Positions 31,833-45,151 of a stretch of DNA of 64,000 bases are shown here, piece after piece. The notes under the pieces were generated by a model. That model saw only the letters and a list, made by a program, of their open reading frames with translations. It was not told where the DNA came from and made no database searches. A program made the translations under genes and the position numbers. This DNA comes from Alphaproteobacteria bacterium (GTDB taxonomy: Bacteria > Pseudomonadota > Alphaproteobacteria > UBA6615): contig QIGO01000221.1 of assembly GCA_003230015.1 (NCBI GenBank), forward strand, positions 2,449-66,448. Reading direction: 5' to 3'. Every line of letters starts with the position of its first letter. Positions within the stretch are counted from its first letter, which is position 1.

Positions 31833-32585
31833 TCAAGCCGCGACCGGGAACACATCGCCCGACGTAATCACGCGGCGGCCCTCCGCGCTTTCAAGCAGCA
31901 TAGCGCCATTCCGGTCCAGATCGACAAACCGCCCCGCCAACTCGCCCTTTTGAGTTCTGACGACCACCTCGCCGCCAAGATTAGCGGCCCGCTCGAGCCA
32001 AGCTTGGCGGACCGGGGAAAAACCATCCCGCTCCCAGCACTCGACCCAGACCGCCAGCCGCCCCACGATCGCCGCCAGCAGCGTCTCCACATCGACCTCC
32101 CCGCCGGCTGCCCGAACACTCGTCGCCCTGATGCCGGGGCCTTCGGGGTAGCTCGCCACATTCACCCCCATACCCACCACCAGCCAGGCCAGCGATCCAG
32201 CCCCGTCCGAGGCACTCTCCAGCAGAATGCCGGCCAGCTTTTCGCCACCGAGCAACACGTCGTTTGGCCACTTTAACATCGCCGCCGGCACCGTCGGCGC
32301 GCACGCCTCGACCCCTTCGGCGACCGCCAGGCCCACCGCAAAACTAAGCTGCATGATACTCGCCGCTTTGCCTGCGGGCCTCAGCACGACCGATGCATAG
32401 AGGTTTCCGGCGGGCGAGGCCCAGGACCGTCCATGACGGCCCCGTCCCACCGCCTGTTCCCGTGCCCAAACGATTGTCCAAGCTTTCGCCCCGGCCGCCG
32501 CCAGGACCTTTGCCTCGTCATTGGTACTGGTGACACACGCGCGGGCAATGACTTCGCAACCCGCCGGAAATCCACCCCCGGTCAT
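31833..32585 (-). CDS. birA: Biotin--protein ligase (no HTH)
   Basis: [27 protein letters not shown]. Confidence 0.95.
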   Translation of the reverse strand: MTGGGFPAGCEVIARACVTSTNDEAKVLAAAGAKAWTIVWAREQAVGRGRHGRSWASPAGNLYASVVLRPAGKAASIMQLSFAVGLAVAEGVEACAPTVPAAMLKWPNDVLLGGEKLAGILLESASDGAGSLAWLVVGMGVNVASYPEGPGIRATSVRAAGGEVDVETLLAAIVGRLAVWVECWERDGFSPVRQAWLERAANLGGEVVVRTQKGELAGRFVDLDRNGAMLLESAEGRRVITSGDVFPVAA

Positions 32586-34030
32586 GCGCTAAAGAGGACC
32601 CGAACCGCCTGCCCCGCGCCATCGAGCACCGGCGACAAAATGAGGAAAAACAGCAGCGTCACCACCCCGGTACCCACCAGGATCGCCGATATCTCCCGCC
32701 CCGGTTTGTCGAAGGCATCCGCCGGTTCATCGAAATACATCACTTTCACGATGCGCAGATAATAGAACGCCGCCACGACGCTGGTCAGCAGGCCGACCAC
32801 GGCCAGCATATAGAGTTCAGCCTCGATCGCCGCCAAAAACACATAAAACTTGCCGAAGAAACCGGCCAGCGGCGGAATGCCGGCCATCGAGAACATGAAC
32901 ACCGAGAGCACGAAGGCCATCGCCGGATTGGTCCGGCTCATCCCGGCAAGCTCATCGATACCTTCGACCATGCGTCCTTGCCGGCGCATCGCCAGAATGC
33001 AGGCAAAGGCGCCGGTATTCATGAACAGATAGATTGTCAGATAGAGCAATACCGCCTGCGCCCCGGTCTCACTCCCGGCCGCCAGCCCGACCAGCACATA
33101 ACCCATGTTACCGATTGAGCTATAGGCCATCATCCGCTTTATATTGTTCTGATTGATCGCCGCCAGCGATCCCAGGACCATGGAAGCCAGCGAGATGAAG
33201 ACGATCACCTGTTGCCACTGGTCTATCAGCCCGCCGAACGGCCCGAACATGACGCGCACGAACAGCACCATCGCGGCGATCTTCGGCGCCACCGCGAAGA
33301 AAGCGGTGACCGGCGTCGGCGCGCCTTCATAGACATCGGGTGTCCACATATGGAACGGCACCGCCGAAACCTTGAACGCCAGGCCCGCCACGATGAACAC
33401 CAGCCCGACCACCACGCCCACCGGCTGGGTACCGCCCTCGTTGGCCGCGAACACCGTGATCAAGCTGTCGAAACTGGTGGTGCCGGCGAAGCCGTACACC
33501 AGCGACATGCCGTAAAGTAGAATGCCCGAGCTCAACGCGCCCAGCACGAAATATTTCAGCCCCGCCTCCGACGACCGCAACGTGTCGCGCCGGAACGCCG
33601 CGATCACATACAGCGACAGGCTCTGCAACTCGATGCCCATATAGAGCGATATGAGATCGTTCGCCGAAACCATCATCAGCATGCCCACCACGGCATAGAC
33701 GATGAGAACGGAATACTCGAACTTGTTGATCCGCGCCCGCTCATTGTACGAAATCGCCAACAGCAGCGTCAGGGCGGCACCCAGCAATATCAGGATCTTG
33801 GCGAAAACGGCGAAACTATCGACGACGAACAGGGCATTGAATGCCAGCGTCGTTTGCCGTGCCCCGATCAGCACCAGCACCGCGGCCACCAGGAACGACA
33901 TTGCGGCCAGCCAGGCGACCAACGTCCCGGATTCTGTTTTGCGGAAAGCCCCCAGCATCAGCAGTGCCATACCGACGACCGCCAGGAAAATCTCCGGCAA
34001 CCCGGTCCCCATATCGGCAAGGATCGTCAC
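32582..34030 (-). CDS. nuoN: NADH-quinone oxidoreductase subunit N
   Basis: [44 protein letters not shown]. Confidence 0.97.
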   Translation of the reverse strand: MTILADMGTGLPEIFLAVVGMALLMLGAFRKTESGTLVAWLAAMSFLVAAVLVLIGARQTTLAFNALFVVDSFAVFAKILILLGAALTLLLAISYNERARINKFEYSVLIVYAVVGMLMMVSANDLISLYMGIELQSLSLYVIAAFRRDTLRSSEAGLKYFVLGALSSGILLYGMSLVYGFAGTTSFDSLITVFAANEGGTQPVGVVVGLVFIVAGLAFKVSAVPFHMWTPDVYEGAPTPVTAFFAVAPKIAAMVLFVRVMFGPFGGLIDQWQQVIVFISLASMVLGSLAAINQNNIKRMMAYSSIGNMGYVLVGLAAGSETGAQAVLLYLTIYLFMNTGAFACILAMRRQGRMVEGIDELAGMSRTNPAMAFVLSVFMFSMAGIPPLAGFFGKFYVFLAAIEAELYMLAVVGLLTSVVAAFYYLRIVKVMYFDEPADAFDKPGREISAILVGTGVVTLLFFLILSPVLDGAGQAVRVLFSA

Positions 34031-34039
34031 TTCGCCCTC

Positions 34040-35546
34040 CTAACGCTCTGCAAAACTGGGCGTGTCGGCGGCCGCCAGCGCAGTCTGGTAGTTATCGACA
34101 ATGTTCTGAACCGCGACGTCGAAGACGTCCAAAACCGGTTGCGGATAAATGCCCAGCCACAACACCAGCACCACCAGAGGCGCGAAGATCGCGATCTCTC
34201 GCGGCTCAAGATCGAGCAAAACCTTGAGCTTCTCCTTCTCCAATTTGCCGAAAATAACCCGCCGGTAGAGATAGAGCATATAGACCGCCCCCAGGATGAT
34301 GCCCGTCGTTGCCAGGAAGGCCACGCCGGTATTGACCTGGAACACGCCCACAAGCACCAGGAATTCGCCCACGAACCCGCTCGTACCCGGCAGGCCCACC
34401 GATGCCAGCATGAAGATCATGAATACGAAGGCATAACGCGGCATGCGCTCCGCCAACCCGCCATAGTCCGAGATCTCACGGCTATGCACCCGGTCATAGA
34501 CGACACCGACGCCCAGGAACAACGCCGCCGATATCAGCCCGTGGCTGATCATTTGGAATATCGCGCCCTGCAGGCCCTGCTGGGATTCCCAGTGTCACGA
34601 AACCCATATGGGCCACCGACGAATAGGCGATGAGTTTTTTCATATCCTCCTGGGCCAGGGCCACCAGGGAGGTGTAAATGATTGCCACCACCGACAGCGA
34701 GAAGACCAGCGGCGTGAACGCTTCCGAGGCCAAGGGCAGCATCGGCAGCGAAAACCGCAGGAAGCCATAGCCACCCATTTTCAGCAGCACGGCGGCCAGA
34801 ATGACCGAGCCCGCCGTCGGCGCTTCCACATGGGCATCGGGCAGCCAGGTATGCACCGGCCACATGGGCAGCTTCACCGCGAAGGAGGCAAAAAACGCAA
34901 GCCACAGCCACATCTGCAGATTGACCGGCAGGCTCAGCGTCATCAGCGTCGGGATATCGGTCGTCCCCGCCTGCAGATACATCGTCAACAACGCCGCCAG
35001 CAGCAGAACCGACCCGGCAAGCGTGAACAGGAAGAACTTGAACGCCGAATAGACCCGTCGCGGCCCGCCCCAAATCCCGATAATGAGGAACATGGGGATC
35101 AGCACGGCTTCGAAGAATATGTAAAACAGCACGAAATCGAGCGCCAAGAAGGTGCCGATCATCAGCGTCTCAAGCACCAGGAAGGCGATCATATATTCCT
35201 TCACCTTCGAGGTGACCGCTTTCCACGACGCCAACACGCAAATCGGCGTCAGCAGGGTCGACAACAGCACGAAGAACAGCGAGATGCCGTCGACACCCAG
35301 ACTGTAGGAGATATTGAACGCGGGCAGCCACTCGCGCTTTTCGACCATCTGGAACCCGGCTGTCGACGAGTCGAAATTCAACCAGATGATCAGGCTCAGC
35401 GCGAACGTCCCCAGCGAGGTCCAGAGAGCCGCATAGCGCGCATTTCGCGCCACGATTTCCTCATCGCCCCGCACGATGACAACGATCAGCAGCGCCCCCG
35501 CCAAAGGCAGGAACGTCGTCAGGCTCAGTAAGGGAAAACTACCCAT
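34040..35546 (-). pseudogene. nuoM: NADH-quinone oxidoreductase subunit M, frameshifted (or assembly error)
   Basis: N-terminal part (34494..35546 frame) reads NuoM up to [10 protein letters not shown]; the continuation [20 protein letters not shown] is in another frame ending at 34040; junction at about 34583. Confidence 0.9.
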
Positions 35547-35558
35547 CCCGTGGTCTCC

Positions 35559-37493
35559 CTAACCGGGCTGTACAAAAAGATACCAGGAGACCAGCCCCGC
35601 CACGCCGGCCAGCATGGTGAACGCATAGTGATACAAATATCCTGATTGCATGCGTCCCGCCCGGCGCGCCAAACTCAGCGCCGCCGCGGCAACGCCGTCG
35701 GGGCCCACCCCATCGATCAGCGCCCCGTCTCCGGACTTCCATAGGCCCCGGCCAAGCACGAACATCGGCCTGACGAACAGCCGGTCGTAAAGCTCGTCGA
35801 AATACCATTTGTTGAGAATGAACCGGTAGATCCCCCGCATCCGCGCCGCCAGCATGGCCGGCAGACCCGGTATCACCATATACATGACCCAGGCCAAGAC
35901 GATACCGGCGACCGCCACGACAGTCGGCGCTTTTACCACCCAGCCGGGCAGACCCGCATGCGCCGCCTCGATCGAGGCATTCTCAGGCAGCACCAATATG
36001 GACTCCCGCCAGAACCCATCCATCCCGTCGCCGGTGAATGTCTCCACCGCCAGATACCCTGAGAAGATGGCGCCAAGAGCCAGCACCACCAGCGGTATGA
36101 TCATTACCGGCGGCGACTCGTGCGCCGCCTCGAATATCTGCGGGTCGGCTCGGGTCGGGCCATGGAATGTCATGAACAACACCCGCCACGAATAGAACGC
36201 CGTCATCAGCGCCGCCGCGATGCCTGCCCAGTAGGCGTATAACCCCAACCCTGTCGCCGACGCGAACGCCGATTCCAGAATTATATCCTTGGAATAGTAT
36301 CCGGCGAAGAACGGCACCCCCGCCAGCGCCAGGCTGCCAATCCACATCAATATGGCCGTCACCCGCATTTTCGAGAACAGGCCGCCCATTTTCCGCATGT
36401 CCTGTTCGTCTTGCATGCCGTGAATGACACTGCCGGCACCCAGAAACAGCAGTGCCTTGAAAAACGCGTGGGTCATCAGATGAAAGATCGCCGCCTGATA
36501 GGCCGAAACGCCGATGGCGAAAAACATGTAGCCAAGCTGGCTCACTGTGGAATAGGCGATCACCCGTTTGATATCGTTTTGCACCAGTCCAATGGTTGCC
36601 GCGAAGAACGCCGTCGACGCCCCGACGATTACCACGATGATCAGCGCGATCGGCGCGTATTCGAATATCGGCGACATCCTCGCCACCATGAACACGCCGG
36701 CGGTAACCATCGTTGCCGCATGGATCAGCGCCGATACCGGTGTCGGACCCTCCATGGCATCGGGCAGCCAGGTATGCAGACCGATTTGCGCCGACTTGCC
36801 CATCGCCCCCACGAACAGCAGGATCGCAATGGTCGTCAGCACGTCGACATTGAAACCAAGGAAGTTGAAACTCTGCCCCACCAGGCTCGGCGCCGCCTCG
36901 AATACCGGATCGAAGTCCAGCGTGCCGAAGGCGAAAAACACCCCGAATATACCCAGGATAAACCCGAAATCGCCAATACGGTTGACCACGAAGGCTTTGA
37001 TCGCCGCCGCATTCGCGCTGTCCCGGTCAAACCAGAACCCGATGAGCAAGTAGGAGGAGACACCCACACCCTCCCAACCGAAGAACAGCTGCAGGAAATT
37101 GTCCGCGCTCACCAGCATCAGCATGAAAAAAGTGAACAGGCTGAGGTAAGCCATGAACCGCGGAATGCCCCGATCGTGGCTCATATAACCGATGGAATAG
37201 ACATGTACCATCGAGGACACCACCGTCACGACGAACACCATCACCGCCGTCAGGGTATCGAACCGCAAGGACCAACTTGCCTGCAACGCGCCGGAATCTA
37301 TCCAGGTAAACAGCTCGATCGTGCGCTCATTCCCCAGCAGGGCGACATCGTAGAACAGCACGCTACCCAATATTGCCGAGGCCAGCATCGGCAGTACCGT
37401 GGCCAATTGGGCCCCCCGGTCGCCCAGGCGCCTGCCCGTCGCCGCGACGATCAGGCAGCCGGCGAGAGGCAGAAAAACCACCAATACATGCAT
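35559..37493 (-). CDS. nuoL: NADH-quinone oxidoreductase subunit L
   Basis: GWEGVG, NRIGD, GKSAQ..HTWLPDAMEGPTPVSALIHAATMV, HAFFKALLFL. Confidence 0.98.
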   Translation of the reverse strand: MHVLVVFLPLAGCLIVAATGRRLGDRGAQLATVLPMLASAILGSVLFYDVALLGNERTIELFTWIDSGALQASWSLRFDTLTAVMVFVVTVVSSMVHVYSIGYMSHDRGIPRFMAYLSLFTFFMLMLVSADNFLQLFFGWEGVGVSSYLLIGFWFDRDSANAAAIKAFVVNRIGDFGFILGIFGVFFAFGTLDFDPVFEAAPSLVGQSFNFLGFNVDVLTTIAILLFVGAMGKSAQIGLHTWLPDAMEGPTPVSALIHAATMVTAGVFMVARMSPIFEYAPIALIIVVIVGASTAFFAATIGLVQNDIKRVIAYSTVSQLGYMFFAIGVSAYQAAIFHLMTHAFFKALLFLGAGSVIHGMQDEQDMRKMGGLFSKMRVTAILMWIGSLALAGVPFFAGYYSKDIILESAFASATGLGLYAYWAGIAAALMTAFYSWRVLFMTFHGPTRADPQIFEAAHESPPVMIIPLVVLALGAIFSGYLAVETFTGDGMDGFWRESILVLPENASIEAAHAGLPGWVVKAPTVVAVAGIVLAWVMYMVIPGLPAMLAARMRGIYRFILNKWYFDELYDRLFVRPMFVLGRGLWKSGDGALIDGVGPDGVAAAALSLARRAGRMQSGYLYHYAFTMLAGVAGLVSWYLFVQPG

Positions 37494-37497
37494 CGGG

Positions 37498-37809
37498 CTA
37501 GCCCTTCATCATATTGATATCTTCCACCGCGATGGAGCCGCGGTTGCGGAAATACACCACCAGAATCGCCAGCCCGATGGACGCTTCCGCCGCCGCGACG
37601 GTCAACACGAACAGCGCAAAGATTTGCCCCACCAGATCGCCGAGACTGGCCGAGAACGCCACCAGATTGATATTCACGGCCAATAGCATGAGTTCGATCG
37701 ACATCAGGATGATGATCACATTCTTGCGGTTCAGGAATATCCCGAAGATGCCCAGCGTGAACAGGATCCCGGCGACGGTCAGATAATGGGCTAAACCGAT
37801 CTCCAGCAT
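37498..37809 (-). CDS. nuoK: NADH-quinone oxidoreductase subunit K
   Basis: [23 protein letters not shown]. Confidence 0.97.
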   Translation of the reverse strand: MLEIGLAHYLTVAGILFTLGIFGIFLNRKNVIIILMSIELMLLAVNINLVAFSASLGDLVGQIFALFVLTVAAAEASIGLAILVVYFRNRGSIAVEDINMMKG

Positions 37810-38423
37810 CACGCACCACTCCCCGTCGGCACTTTCTTGACTTCGATCACATCGGCCGCGCGCCGGTCGAGCTGGTTCGAGATCACTTGCCGTTTAACCC
37901 CGTCGCGCCGCCGCAAGGTCAACACGATCGCCCCTATCATCGCCACCAGCAGCACCAGTCCGGCGGCTTGGAACAGGTAGATGAAATCCGTATAGATCAA
38001 CCGCCCAAGAGCCTCTGTATTGCTCATTTCGCTCAGCGGCGGCGTCGGCGAAACGGCCACCGCGGTGGCCTCGGACGAAATCACCCAACTGCCGAATATC
38101 AAGACAAGTTCGGCCAGCAGCACCAGACCGATCGCCGCCCCGATGGGCAGATACTGCAAAAATCCGCTCCGCATCTCGGCGAAGTTGATATCCAGCATCA
38201 TCACCACGAACAGGAACAAGACCGCCACCGCGCCCACATAGACGACGACCATGATCATTGCCAGGAACTCCGCCCCCAGCAGCACGAACAGCCCGGCGGC
38301 ATTGAAGAATGTCAGGATCAGATACAGCACCGAATGCACCGGGTTGCGGGCCGAGATAACCATCGCGCCCGAAGCCACCGCCACCGCCGCGAACAGATAG
38401 AACGCCAGCGCCTGAATGATCAT
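37809..38423 (-). CDS. nuoJ: NADH-quinone oxidoreductase subunit J
   Basis: [36 protein letters not shown]. Confidence 0.97.
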   Translation of the reverse strand: MIIQALAFYLFAAVAVASGAMVISARNPVHSVLYLILTFFNAAGLFVLLGAEFLAMIMVVVYVGAVAVLFLFVVMMLDINFAEMRSGFLQYLPIGAAIGLVLLAELVLIFGSWVISSEATAVAVSPTPPLSEMSNTEALGRLIYTDFIYLFQAAGLVLLVAMIGAIVLTLRRRDGVKRQVISNQLDRRAADVIEVKKVPTGSGA

Positions 38424-38477
38424 CGGCGACCCCAATCCGCTTTACCAACCAACATCCTGCTCTCCGTCGCCGGCCGC

Positions 38478-38966
38478 TCAGCGGTAAGGCGCATCGGCTC
38501 TCAGCGCTTGCGCGATCGCGGTTTCCCAGCGGTCGCCGTTTTCCAGCAGCTTTGCCTTGTTGTACATCAACTCCTCGCGCGTCTCGGTCGCGAACTCGAA
38601 ATTCGGTCCCTCGACGATCGCGTCCACCGGACACGCCTCCTCGCAAAATCCGCAATAGATGCACTTGGTCATATCGATGTCGTAACGCGTCGTCCGGCGG
38701 CTGCCGTCGTCGCGCGGTTCCGCCTCGATGGTGATCGCTTGTGCCGGACAGATCGCCTCGCACAATTTGCACGCGATACAACGTTCCTCGCCGTTCGGGT
38801 AGCGCCGCAACGCATGCTCGCCCCGGAAGCGCGGGCTGATCGGCCCCTTTTCGTAGGGATAGTTCAGCGTCACCTTGCGTTTGAAGAAATAGCGCAGCGT
38901 CAGCCACATGCCCGCGGCAATCTCACCCAGCAGCAGTGCCCGCGCGTTCCGATCGATAAATGCCAT
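38478..38966 (-). CDS. nuoI: NADH-quinone oxidoreductase subunit I
   Basis: Two 4Fe-4S motifs [12 protein letters not shown] and [12 protein letters not shown]. Confidence 0.98.
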   Translation of the reverse strand: MAFIDRNARALLLGEIAAGMWLTLRYFFKRKVTLNYPYEKGPISPRFRGEHALRRYPNGEERCIACKLCEAICPAQAITIEAEPRDDGSRRTTRYDIDMTKCIYCGFCEEACPVDAIVEGPNFEFATETREELMYNKAKLLENGDRWETAIAQALRADAPYR

Positions 38967-38984
38967 GGCTCTCTCCCGCCCGCC

Positions 38985-39995
38985 TTACGCCGGTAGCCAG
39001 TCGAAGGCCACGAGCACGCCGGCCGTCAACACCACCCAAAGCAGCGAGAACGGCAGAAAAACCTTCCAGCCCAGGCGCATCAGTTGATCGTAGCGGTAAC
39101 GCGGCAGCGTCGCCCGAACCCACAGGAAAACAAACAGGATCATCGCGATTTTCAGGGCAAACCACACCACCCCGGGAATCCAGGTGAACGGGGCGATGGC
39201 AAATGGCGGCAGCCACCCGCCCAGGAACAGGATCACCGTCATCGCGCTCATCAAAATCATGCTGATATATTCGCCCAGGAAGAACAGCGCGAAGGCCATC
39301 GACGAATATTCGACATTATAGCCCGTGACCAGCTCCGCCTCTGCCTCCGGCAGATCGAATGGCGCCCGGTTGGTTTCCGCCAACGCCGACACCACGAAAA
39401 TCACGAACATGGGGAACAGCGGGATAAAGAACCAAACGGTCTCCTGCGCCCGCACGATGTCGGAAAGATTGAGCGACCCCGCCACCAGCAGCACCGTAAC
39501 GATGACGAAGCCGATAGAGACTTCGTAGGAGACCATTTGCGCCGCCGAGCGCAATGCCCCCAAAAACGCGTATTTCGAGTTCGACGCCCAGCCCGCCATG
39601 ATGATGCCATAGACACCCAGAGAACTGATCGCGAACAGATAGAGAATACCCACATTGATATCGGCGATCACCCAGCCTTCATTGAAGGGAATAACCGCCC
39701 AGCCCACCAGGGCCAGCGAGAAGGTCAACACCGGCGCGATCAGGAACACACCGCGGTTGGCACCCGTCGGCAGCACCGTCTCCTTGATCATCAGCTTCAG
39801 CGCGTCTGCGAACGGCTGTAGCAGCCCGAACGGCCCCACCACATTGGGCCCCATACGCAACTGCATGAACCCGATGACCTTGCGTTCGGCATAGGTGAGA
39901 TAGGCCATGGATAACAGCACGACCGCCATCACACCGATGATTTGCGCCAGCATGATCAGCGTCGGCAAGGCATAGCCCGTCCAGAATTCAGCCAT
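38985..39995 (-). CDS. nuoH: NADH-quinone oxidoreductase subunit H
   Basis: [44 protein letters not shown]. Confidence 0.98.
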   Translation of the reverse strand: MAEFWTGYALPTLIMLAQIIGVMAVVLLSMAYLTYAERKVIGFMQLRMGPNVVGPFGLLQPFADALKLMIKETVLPTGANRGVFLIAPVLTFSLALVGWAVIPFNEGWVIADINVGILYLFAISSLGVYGIIMAGWASNSKYAFLGALRSAAQMVSYEVSIGFVIVTVLLVAGSLNLSDIVRAQETVWFFIPLFPMFVIFVVSALAETNRAPFDLPEAEAELVTGYNVEYSSMAFALFFLGEYISMILMSAMTVILFLGGWLPPFAIAPFTWIPGVVWFALKIAMILFVFLWVRATLPRYRYDQLMRLGWKVFLPFSLLWVVLTAGVLVAFDWLPA

Positions 39996-42051
39996 GAGTG
40001 CCGGTCCCCTGCTGCTTGGGAACAACGAACGCTTGCGCGCAATGGGCCATGGTCTCCGACGCCCGGCTTATGGCATCGGTCATATAGAAATTCGCCACCG
40101 GCGGTACGAAGGTCCGCGTTCCCATCGGTCCGGATTCGCCGAAATCGCCCCAGGCCGCCGGCACCACCTCGTCCACCCGGTCGAAATGGGCATTAACGGC
40201 CACCAGCCGCCGCCGCACATCGCCCAGGGAACTCACCGCGATACCGGCCCCCAAAACGTCCGACAACGCCCGGATGATTGTCCAGTCTTCGCGGGCCTCG
40301 CCCATCGGCGCCGTCGCCATCCGGCCCAGCTGCACCCGGCCTTCTGTATTCACGTAAGTGCCGTTTTTCTCCGTATAGGCGGCACCGGGCAGAATGACGT
40401 CGGCGCGATGCGCGCCGGCATCCCCATGATGCCCCTGATAGATGACAAAGGCCTCACCCAATTGGGTCATATCTATCTCGTCCGCGCCCAGCAGATAAAC
40501 CACTTCGATTGAACCATCGCCCGCACCCTTGAGAATGCCGGCAACGTCCAGCCCAACCGCGCCCGGTACGAGACCCAGATCGAGGCCGCCAACCCGCGCC
40601 GCGGCCTGATGCAAAACATTAAAGCCGTTCCAATCCTCGCCGATCATTCCCAGGCTGTCGGCTGCCTGCCGGGCTGCCGCCAAAACCGCGGCACCATCGG
40701 TTCGCGCCAGGGCGGCCGTGCCGACGATCACCGCCGCGCGTTCCGCCGCCTTCAATATATCGGCAAAAGGATGGTTTCCCTGCGCCACATCCATCAGCGT
40801 CTCCGGCCCCGCCCCCAGAATGTCGCACGGATAGGTCAGATCTTGCGCCAGCCCGATCATCCCGGCCTTGAGGTCCCGCCGCAGCCAGGCTTTACGCAGC
40901 CGCGTATTCACCAGCGGCGCTTCCCAACGCGGGTTGGTGCCCACCAGCAGCACCGCGTCGGCATCTTCCAGCCCCGCGATTGTCGAATTAAGCAAATAGG
41001 CAGACCGGGTGGCGGTATCGAACTTCGCCCCTTCCTGCCGGCAGTCGATATTCGCCGAGCCCAGATTTGCCATCAGATCCTTCAGGCACACCATCGCTTC
41101 GGCGTCGCACAGATCGCCGGTAATCGCCGCCATCCGGCTGCCGTCCAGGCCCTTCACCCGTGCCGCGATCGCCGCGAAGGCTTCCGCCCAGCTCGCCTCG
41201 CGCAGGGCACCGTCCCGGCGCACATAGGGCCTGTCCAACCGCTGCCGCCGCAAACCGTCGCAAGCATAACGCGACTTGTCCGACAGCCACTCTTCGTTGA
41301 TATCCTCATGCAGCCTGGGCAGCACCCGCATCACTTCGGCACCCCGGGCGTCGACCCGAATGGCGCTGCCCACCGCGTCGAGCACATCGACGCTCTCGGT
41401 CTTCTTTAGCTCCCAGGGCCGCGCCGCGAAGGCATAGGGCTTCGATGTCAGCGCCCCCACCGGGCACAGATCGATGACGTTGGCGCTAAGCTCTGAATCC
41501 AGCGCCTTTTCGAGATAAGTCGTGATCTCCGCATTCTCGCCGCGCCCCAGCAGCCCCAGCTCCGGCACCCCGGCGATCTCGGTGACAAAACGCACACAGC
41601 GTGTGCAGTGAATACAACGGGTCATCTCCGTCTCGATCAGCGGCCCCATATATTTGTCGCTGACCGCCCGCTTGTGTTCTTGATAGCGCGAGTGATCGAT
41701 GCCATAGGCCATGGCCTGATCCTGCAGATCGCACTCCCCGCCCTGATCGCAGATCGGACAGTCCAGCGGATGGTTGATCAGCAGGAATTCCATGACGCCG
41801 TTGCGCGCCTTTTTCACCGTATCGGTATCGGTGCGGATAACCATGCCGTCGCCCACCGGCATCGCACAGGAAGCGATCGGTTTCGGCGCCCGCTCCATTT
41901 CCACCAGACACATGCGGCAATTTCCGGCAATCGACAGCCGTTCGTGATAACAGAACCGCGGCACTTCTTTGCCGGCCATCTCGCACGCCTGTAAAACCGT
42001 GATGCCGGCCGGCACCTCGATCTCTGTATCGTCGATTGTCAGTTTCGGCAT
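39988..42051 (-). CDS. nuoG: NADH-quinone oxidoreductase subunit G
   Basis: [41 protein letters not shown]. Confidence 0.98.
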   Translation of the reverse strand: MPKLTIDDTEIEVPAGITVLQACEMAGKEVPRFCYHERLSIAGNCRMCLVEMERAPKPIASCAMPVGDGMVIRTDTDTVKKARNGVMEFLLINHPLDCPICDQGGECDLQDQAMAYGIDHSRYQEHKRAVSDKYMGPLIETEMTRCIHCTRCVRFVTEIAGVPELGLLGRGENAEITTYLEKALDSELSANVIDLCPVGALTSKPYAFAARPWELKKTESVDVLDAVGSAIRVDARGAEVMRVLPRLHEDINEEWLSDKSRYACDGLRRQRLDRPYVRRDGALREASWAEAFAAIAARVKGLDGSRMAAITGDLCDAEAMVCLKDLMANLGSANIDCRQEGAKFDTATRSAYLLNSTIAGLEDADAVLLVGTNPRWEAPLVNTRLRKAWLRRDLKAGMIGLAQDLTYPCDILGAGPETLMDVAQGNHPFADILKAAERAAVIVGTAALARTDGAAVLAAARQAADSLGMIGEDWNGFNVLHQAAARVGGLDLGLVPGAVGLDVAGILKGAGDGSIEVVYLLGADEIDMTQLGEAFVIYQGHHGDAGAHRADVILPGAAYTEKNGTYVNTEGRVQLGRMATAPMGEAREDWTIIRALSDVLGAGIAVSSLGDVRRRLVAVNAHFDRVDEVVPAAWGDFGESGPMGTRTFVPPVANFYMTDAISRASETMAHCAQAFVVPKQQGTGTHG

Positions 42052-42055
42052 CGCA

Positions 42056-43351
42056 TCACTCCGCCGCCACCGGTTGTTGCTCTAGCAATTTGCGCTCCAG
42101 TATGCGGCGCTCCATTTCCGGCCTGAAATTCCGGATCAAGCCTTGAATCGGCCATGCCGCGGCATCGCCAAGCGCGCAAATCGTATGCCCCTCGACTTGC
42201 CGCGAAACCTCTTCCAACAAGTCGATTTCCTCGATCTCGGCTTCGCCCCGCACCATCCGCGACATCACCCGATACATCCAGCCCGTGCCCTCGCGGCACG
42301 GCGTGCATTGGCCGCAGCTCTCATGTTTGTAGAAATGCGCCAACCTCTCGATGGCCGCGACGATATCCGTCGACTTGTCCATCACGATCACCGCCGCCGT
42401 ACCCAGGCCCGACCGCGCTTCGCGCAAGCTGTCGAAATCCATCAGGATATCGTCACAAACCTCGGTTGGGAGGCACGGCACCGAGGACCCCCCCGGAATC
42501 ACAGTCAGCAGATTGTCCCAGCCCCCGCGCACCCCGCCGGCATGTTTTTCCAACAGCTCGCGCAACGGGATGCCCATGGCCTCCTCGACATTGCACGGAT
42601 TATTCACATGCCCGGAAATGCAGAACAGCTTGGTGCCGGTATTGTTGGGCCGCCCGATACCGGAAAACCACCCCGAACCCCGCCGCAGGATCGTCGGCCC
42701 CACGGCGATCGTCTCCACGTTATTGACCGTCGTCGGACAGCCATAGAGCCCCGATGCCGCCGGAAAGGGCGGTTTCAGCCTTGGCTGCCCTTTTTTGCCT
42801 TCCAGGCTTTCCAGCAGCGCCGTCTCTTCGCCGCAGATATAGGCACCGGCGCCACGATGCAGATAAAGCTCGAAATCCCAACCCGAGCCACAGGCATTTT
42901 TACCGATAAGCCCCGCTTCATAGGCCTCGTCGATGGCCTGCTGCACATGGCTGGCTTCGCCGTAGAATTCGCCGCGAATATAGATATAGCCCGCATTCGC
43001 GCCCATCGCGAAGCCGGCGATCAGGCACCCCTCGATCAGCAGATGCGGATCGTACCGCAGGATTTCCCGGTCCTTGCAGGTACCCGGCTCCGACTCGTCC
43101 GCGTTGACCACCAGATAACAGGGCCGCCCGTCGGACTCCTTGGGCATGAACGACCATTTGACCCCGGTCGGAAAGCCGGCCCCACCGCGCCCGCGCAAAC
43201 CCGACTCCTTCATCTCTTCGATGATTTTGTCGCGGCCCAAATCGATCAGCGCCTTTGTATTGTCCCAAATACCTCGCCGCTGCGCCCCCGCCAGTCCCCA
43301 ATCGTCTTGGCCGTATAGATTGCGGAAGATCCGGTCGGCGTCACTCAGCAT
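42056..43351 (-). CDS. nuoF: NADH-quinone oxidoreductase subunit F
   Basis: [38 protein letters not shown]. Confidence 0.98.
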   Translation of the reverse strand: MLSDADRIFRNLYGQDDWGLAGAQRRGIWDNTKALIDLGRDKIIEEMKESGLRGRGGAGFPTGVKWSFMPKESDGRPCYLVVNADESEPGTCKDREILRYDPHLLIEGCLIAGFAMGANAGYIYIRGEFYGEASHVQQAIDEAYEAGLIGKNACGSGWDFELYLHRGAGAYICGEETALLESLEGKKGQPRLKPPFPAASGLYGCPTTVNNVETIAVGPTILRRGSGWFSGIGRPNNTGTKLFCISGHVNNPCNVEEAMGIPLRELLEKHAGGVRGGWDNLLTVIPGGSSVPCLPTEVCDDILMDFDSLREARSGLGTAAVIVMDKSTDIVAAIERLAHFYKHESCGQCTPCREGTGWMYRVMSRMVRGEAEIEEIDLLEEVSRQVEGHTICALGDAAAWPIQGLIRNFRPEMERRILERKLLEQQPVAAE

Positions 43352-43974
43352 TATTCCGCCCCTGCCCGCGACGGGCTGGGCAGATCGGTCAGGCTCGTCC
43401 ACTCGCCCACCGGCTCCGAACCCTTGCGCCCGGTTTGCGGTCCCGGTTTCGGGGTCTCGCCCCGCTTCATCGCCTCCAGCAGTTCGGTTAGCTTCTCCGG
43501 CGTCAAATCCTCGTAATAATCGTCATTGATCTGCACCATCGGCGCGTTGCAGCACGCCCCCAGACACTCGACTTCCACCACCGTGAGCAACCCGTCTTCG
43601 CTATTTTCACCCAGCCCGCATCCGGCCGCCGCGATTGCCGCTTTTGTTAGGTCATCCGATCCCCGCAGCCAACAGGGCGTCGTCCGGCACACTTGCACGA
43701 AATACCGCCCTACCGGCTTCAAGTTGAACATCGAATAGAATGTCGCCACCTCGAGGACACGGATTTTCGGCATCCCCAGAGTGCCGGCCACATGTTCAAT
43801 CGCCGCCAGTGGCAGCCAACCGCCATTCTGCCGCTGCGCCAGATCCAGCGCCGCGATCACCGCGCTACTGCCGCGGCCCTCCGGATAGTGGCTGATGATC
43901 TTATCGAGACGTTCGACATTCTCGGCATTGAAGGCGAATGCGCCACCCGCTCCGTTTCCGGCTTCCATCGTCAT
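43351..43974 (-). CDS. nuoE: NADH-quinone oxidoreductase subunit E
   Basis: [21 protein letters not shown] 2Fe-2S ligands. Confidence 0.97.
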   Translation of the reverse strand: MTMEAGNGAGGAFAFNAENVERLDKIISHYPEGRGSSAVIAALDLAQRQNGGWLPLAAIEHVAGTLGMPKIRVLEVATFYSMFNLKPVGRYFVQVCRTTPCWLRGSDDLTKAAIAAAGCGLGENSEDGLLTVVEVECLGACCNAPMVQINDDYYEDLTPEKLTELLEAMKRGETPKPGPQTGRKGSEPVGEWTSLTDLPSPSRAGAE

Positions 43975-45149
43975 CGATCGATCTCTCCGAACACGATATC
44001 CAGACTGCCGATGACCGCCGGTATGTCGGCGAGCATGTGGCCCCGCGTCAATTTGTCCAGTGCTTGCAGAAACGCGAATCCCGGCGCCCGTATCTTGCAG
44101 CGGTACGGCTTGTTGGTCCCATCCGCCACCAGATAAACTCCAAACTCACCCTTCGGCGCTTCCACCGCGGTGTAGGTTTCACCCGCCGGCACGTGATAGC
44201 CCTCGGTATAGAGTTTGAAATGGTGGATCAGCGCCTCCATCGACTGTTTCAGCTCCGCCCGGCTAGGCGGCGCGATCTTGTGGTCCCGCGACGATACCGG
44301 CCCCTCCGGTATTTGCGCCAAACATTGCGCCATGATTTTCAGGCTTTCGCGCATTTCCACGACCCGCACCAGATAGCGTGCGTAACAGTCGCCGGTTTTG
44401 CCGATGGGAATATCGAAGTCGAGCCGGTCATAGACTTCATAGGGCTGCGCCTTGCGCAAATCCCAAGCAGCACCCGAGGCCCTCAAGACCGGCCCCGTGA
44501 GGCCCCAGCTATTGGCCTCGTCAACCGAGATGATGCCGATATCCACGGTCCGTTGTTTGAAAATGCGGTTGTCGGTAAGCAGCGTCTCCATATCGTCGAT
44601 AAATTTCGGGAATGACTCGATGAAGGCGGCGATATCCTCGGCCAGCCCCGTCGGCATATCCTGATGCACACCCCCGGGCCGGAAATAGGCGGCATGCAAT
44701 CGCGCCCCCGAGACCCGCTCATAGAACTCCATCAGGATTTCCCGTTGCTCGAAGCCCCACAGCAACGGCGTCATCGCGCCCACATCCAGCGCATAGGTCG
44801 TCAGGTTGAGAATATGGTTCAGTATCCGCGAGATCTCACAGAACAAGACCCGGATATACTGCCCCCGTTCCGGCACCTCGATCCCCAGCAGCTTTTCCAC
44901 TGCCAAGGCGAAGGCATGCTCTTGCGACATCGGCGCGACATAGTCCAGCCGGTCGAAATACGGCACCGCCTGCAGATACGTCTTATACTCGATAAGCTTC
45001 TCGGTTCCCCGATGCAGCAGGCCGATATGGGGATCGGCCCGCTCCACGATCTCGCCATCCATCTCCAGCACCAGCCGCAGCACGCCATGGGTCGCGGGAT
45101 GTTGCGGGCCGACATTCAGGGTCATATTCTTGATCGCGACTTCAGACAT
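43971..45149 (-). CDS. nuoD: NADH-quinone oxidoreductase subunit D
   Basis: [41 protein letters not shown]. Confidence 0.98.
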   Translation of the reverse strand: MSEVAIKNMTLNVGPQHPATHGVLRLVLEMDGEIVERADPHIGLLHRGTEKLIEYKTYLQAVPYFDRLDYVAPMSQEHAFALAVEKLLGIEVPERGQYIRVLFCEISRILNHILNLTTYALDVGAMTPLLWGFEQREILMEFYERVSGARLHAAYFRPGGVHQDMPTGLAEDIAAFIESFPKFIDDMETLLTDNRIFKQRTVDIGIISVDEANSWGLTGPVLRASGAAWDLRKAQPYEVYDRLDFDIPIGKTGDCYARYLVRVVEMRESLKIMAQCLAQIPEGPVSSRDHKIAPPSRAELKQSMEALIHHFKLYTEGYHVPAGETYTAVEAPKGEFGVYLVADGTNKPYRCKIRAPGFAFLQALDKLTRGHMLADIPAVIGSLDIVFGEIDR

Positions 45150-45151
45150 GG

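Noticed and set aside
31833..31850. BirA ends in VAA, resembling a ClpXP degron
   Set aside because: Ala-rich C-termini are common in GC-rich Alphaproteobacteria; no support beyond three residues
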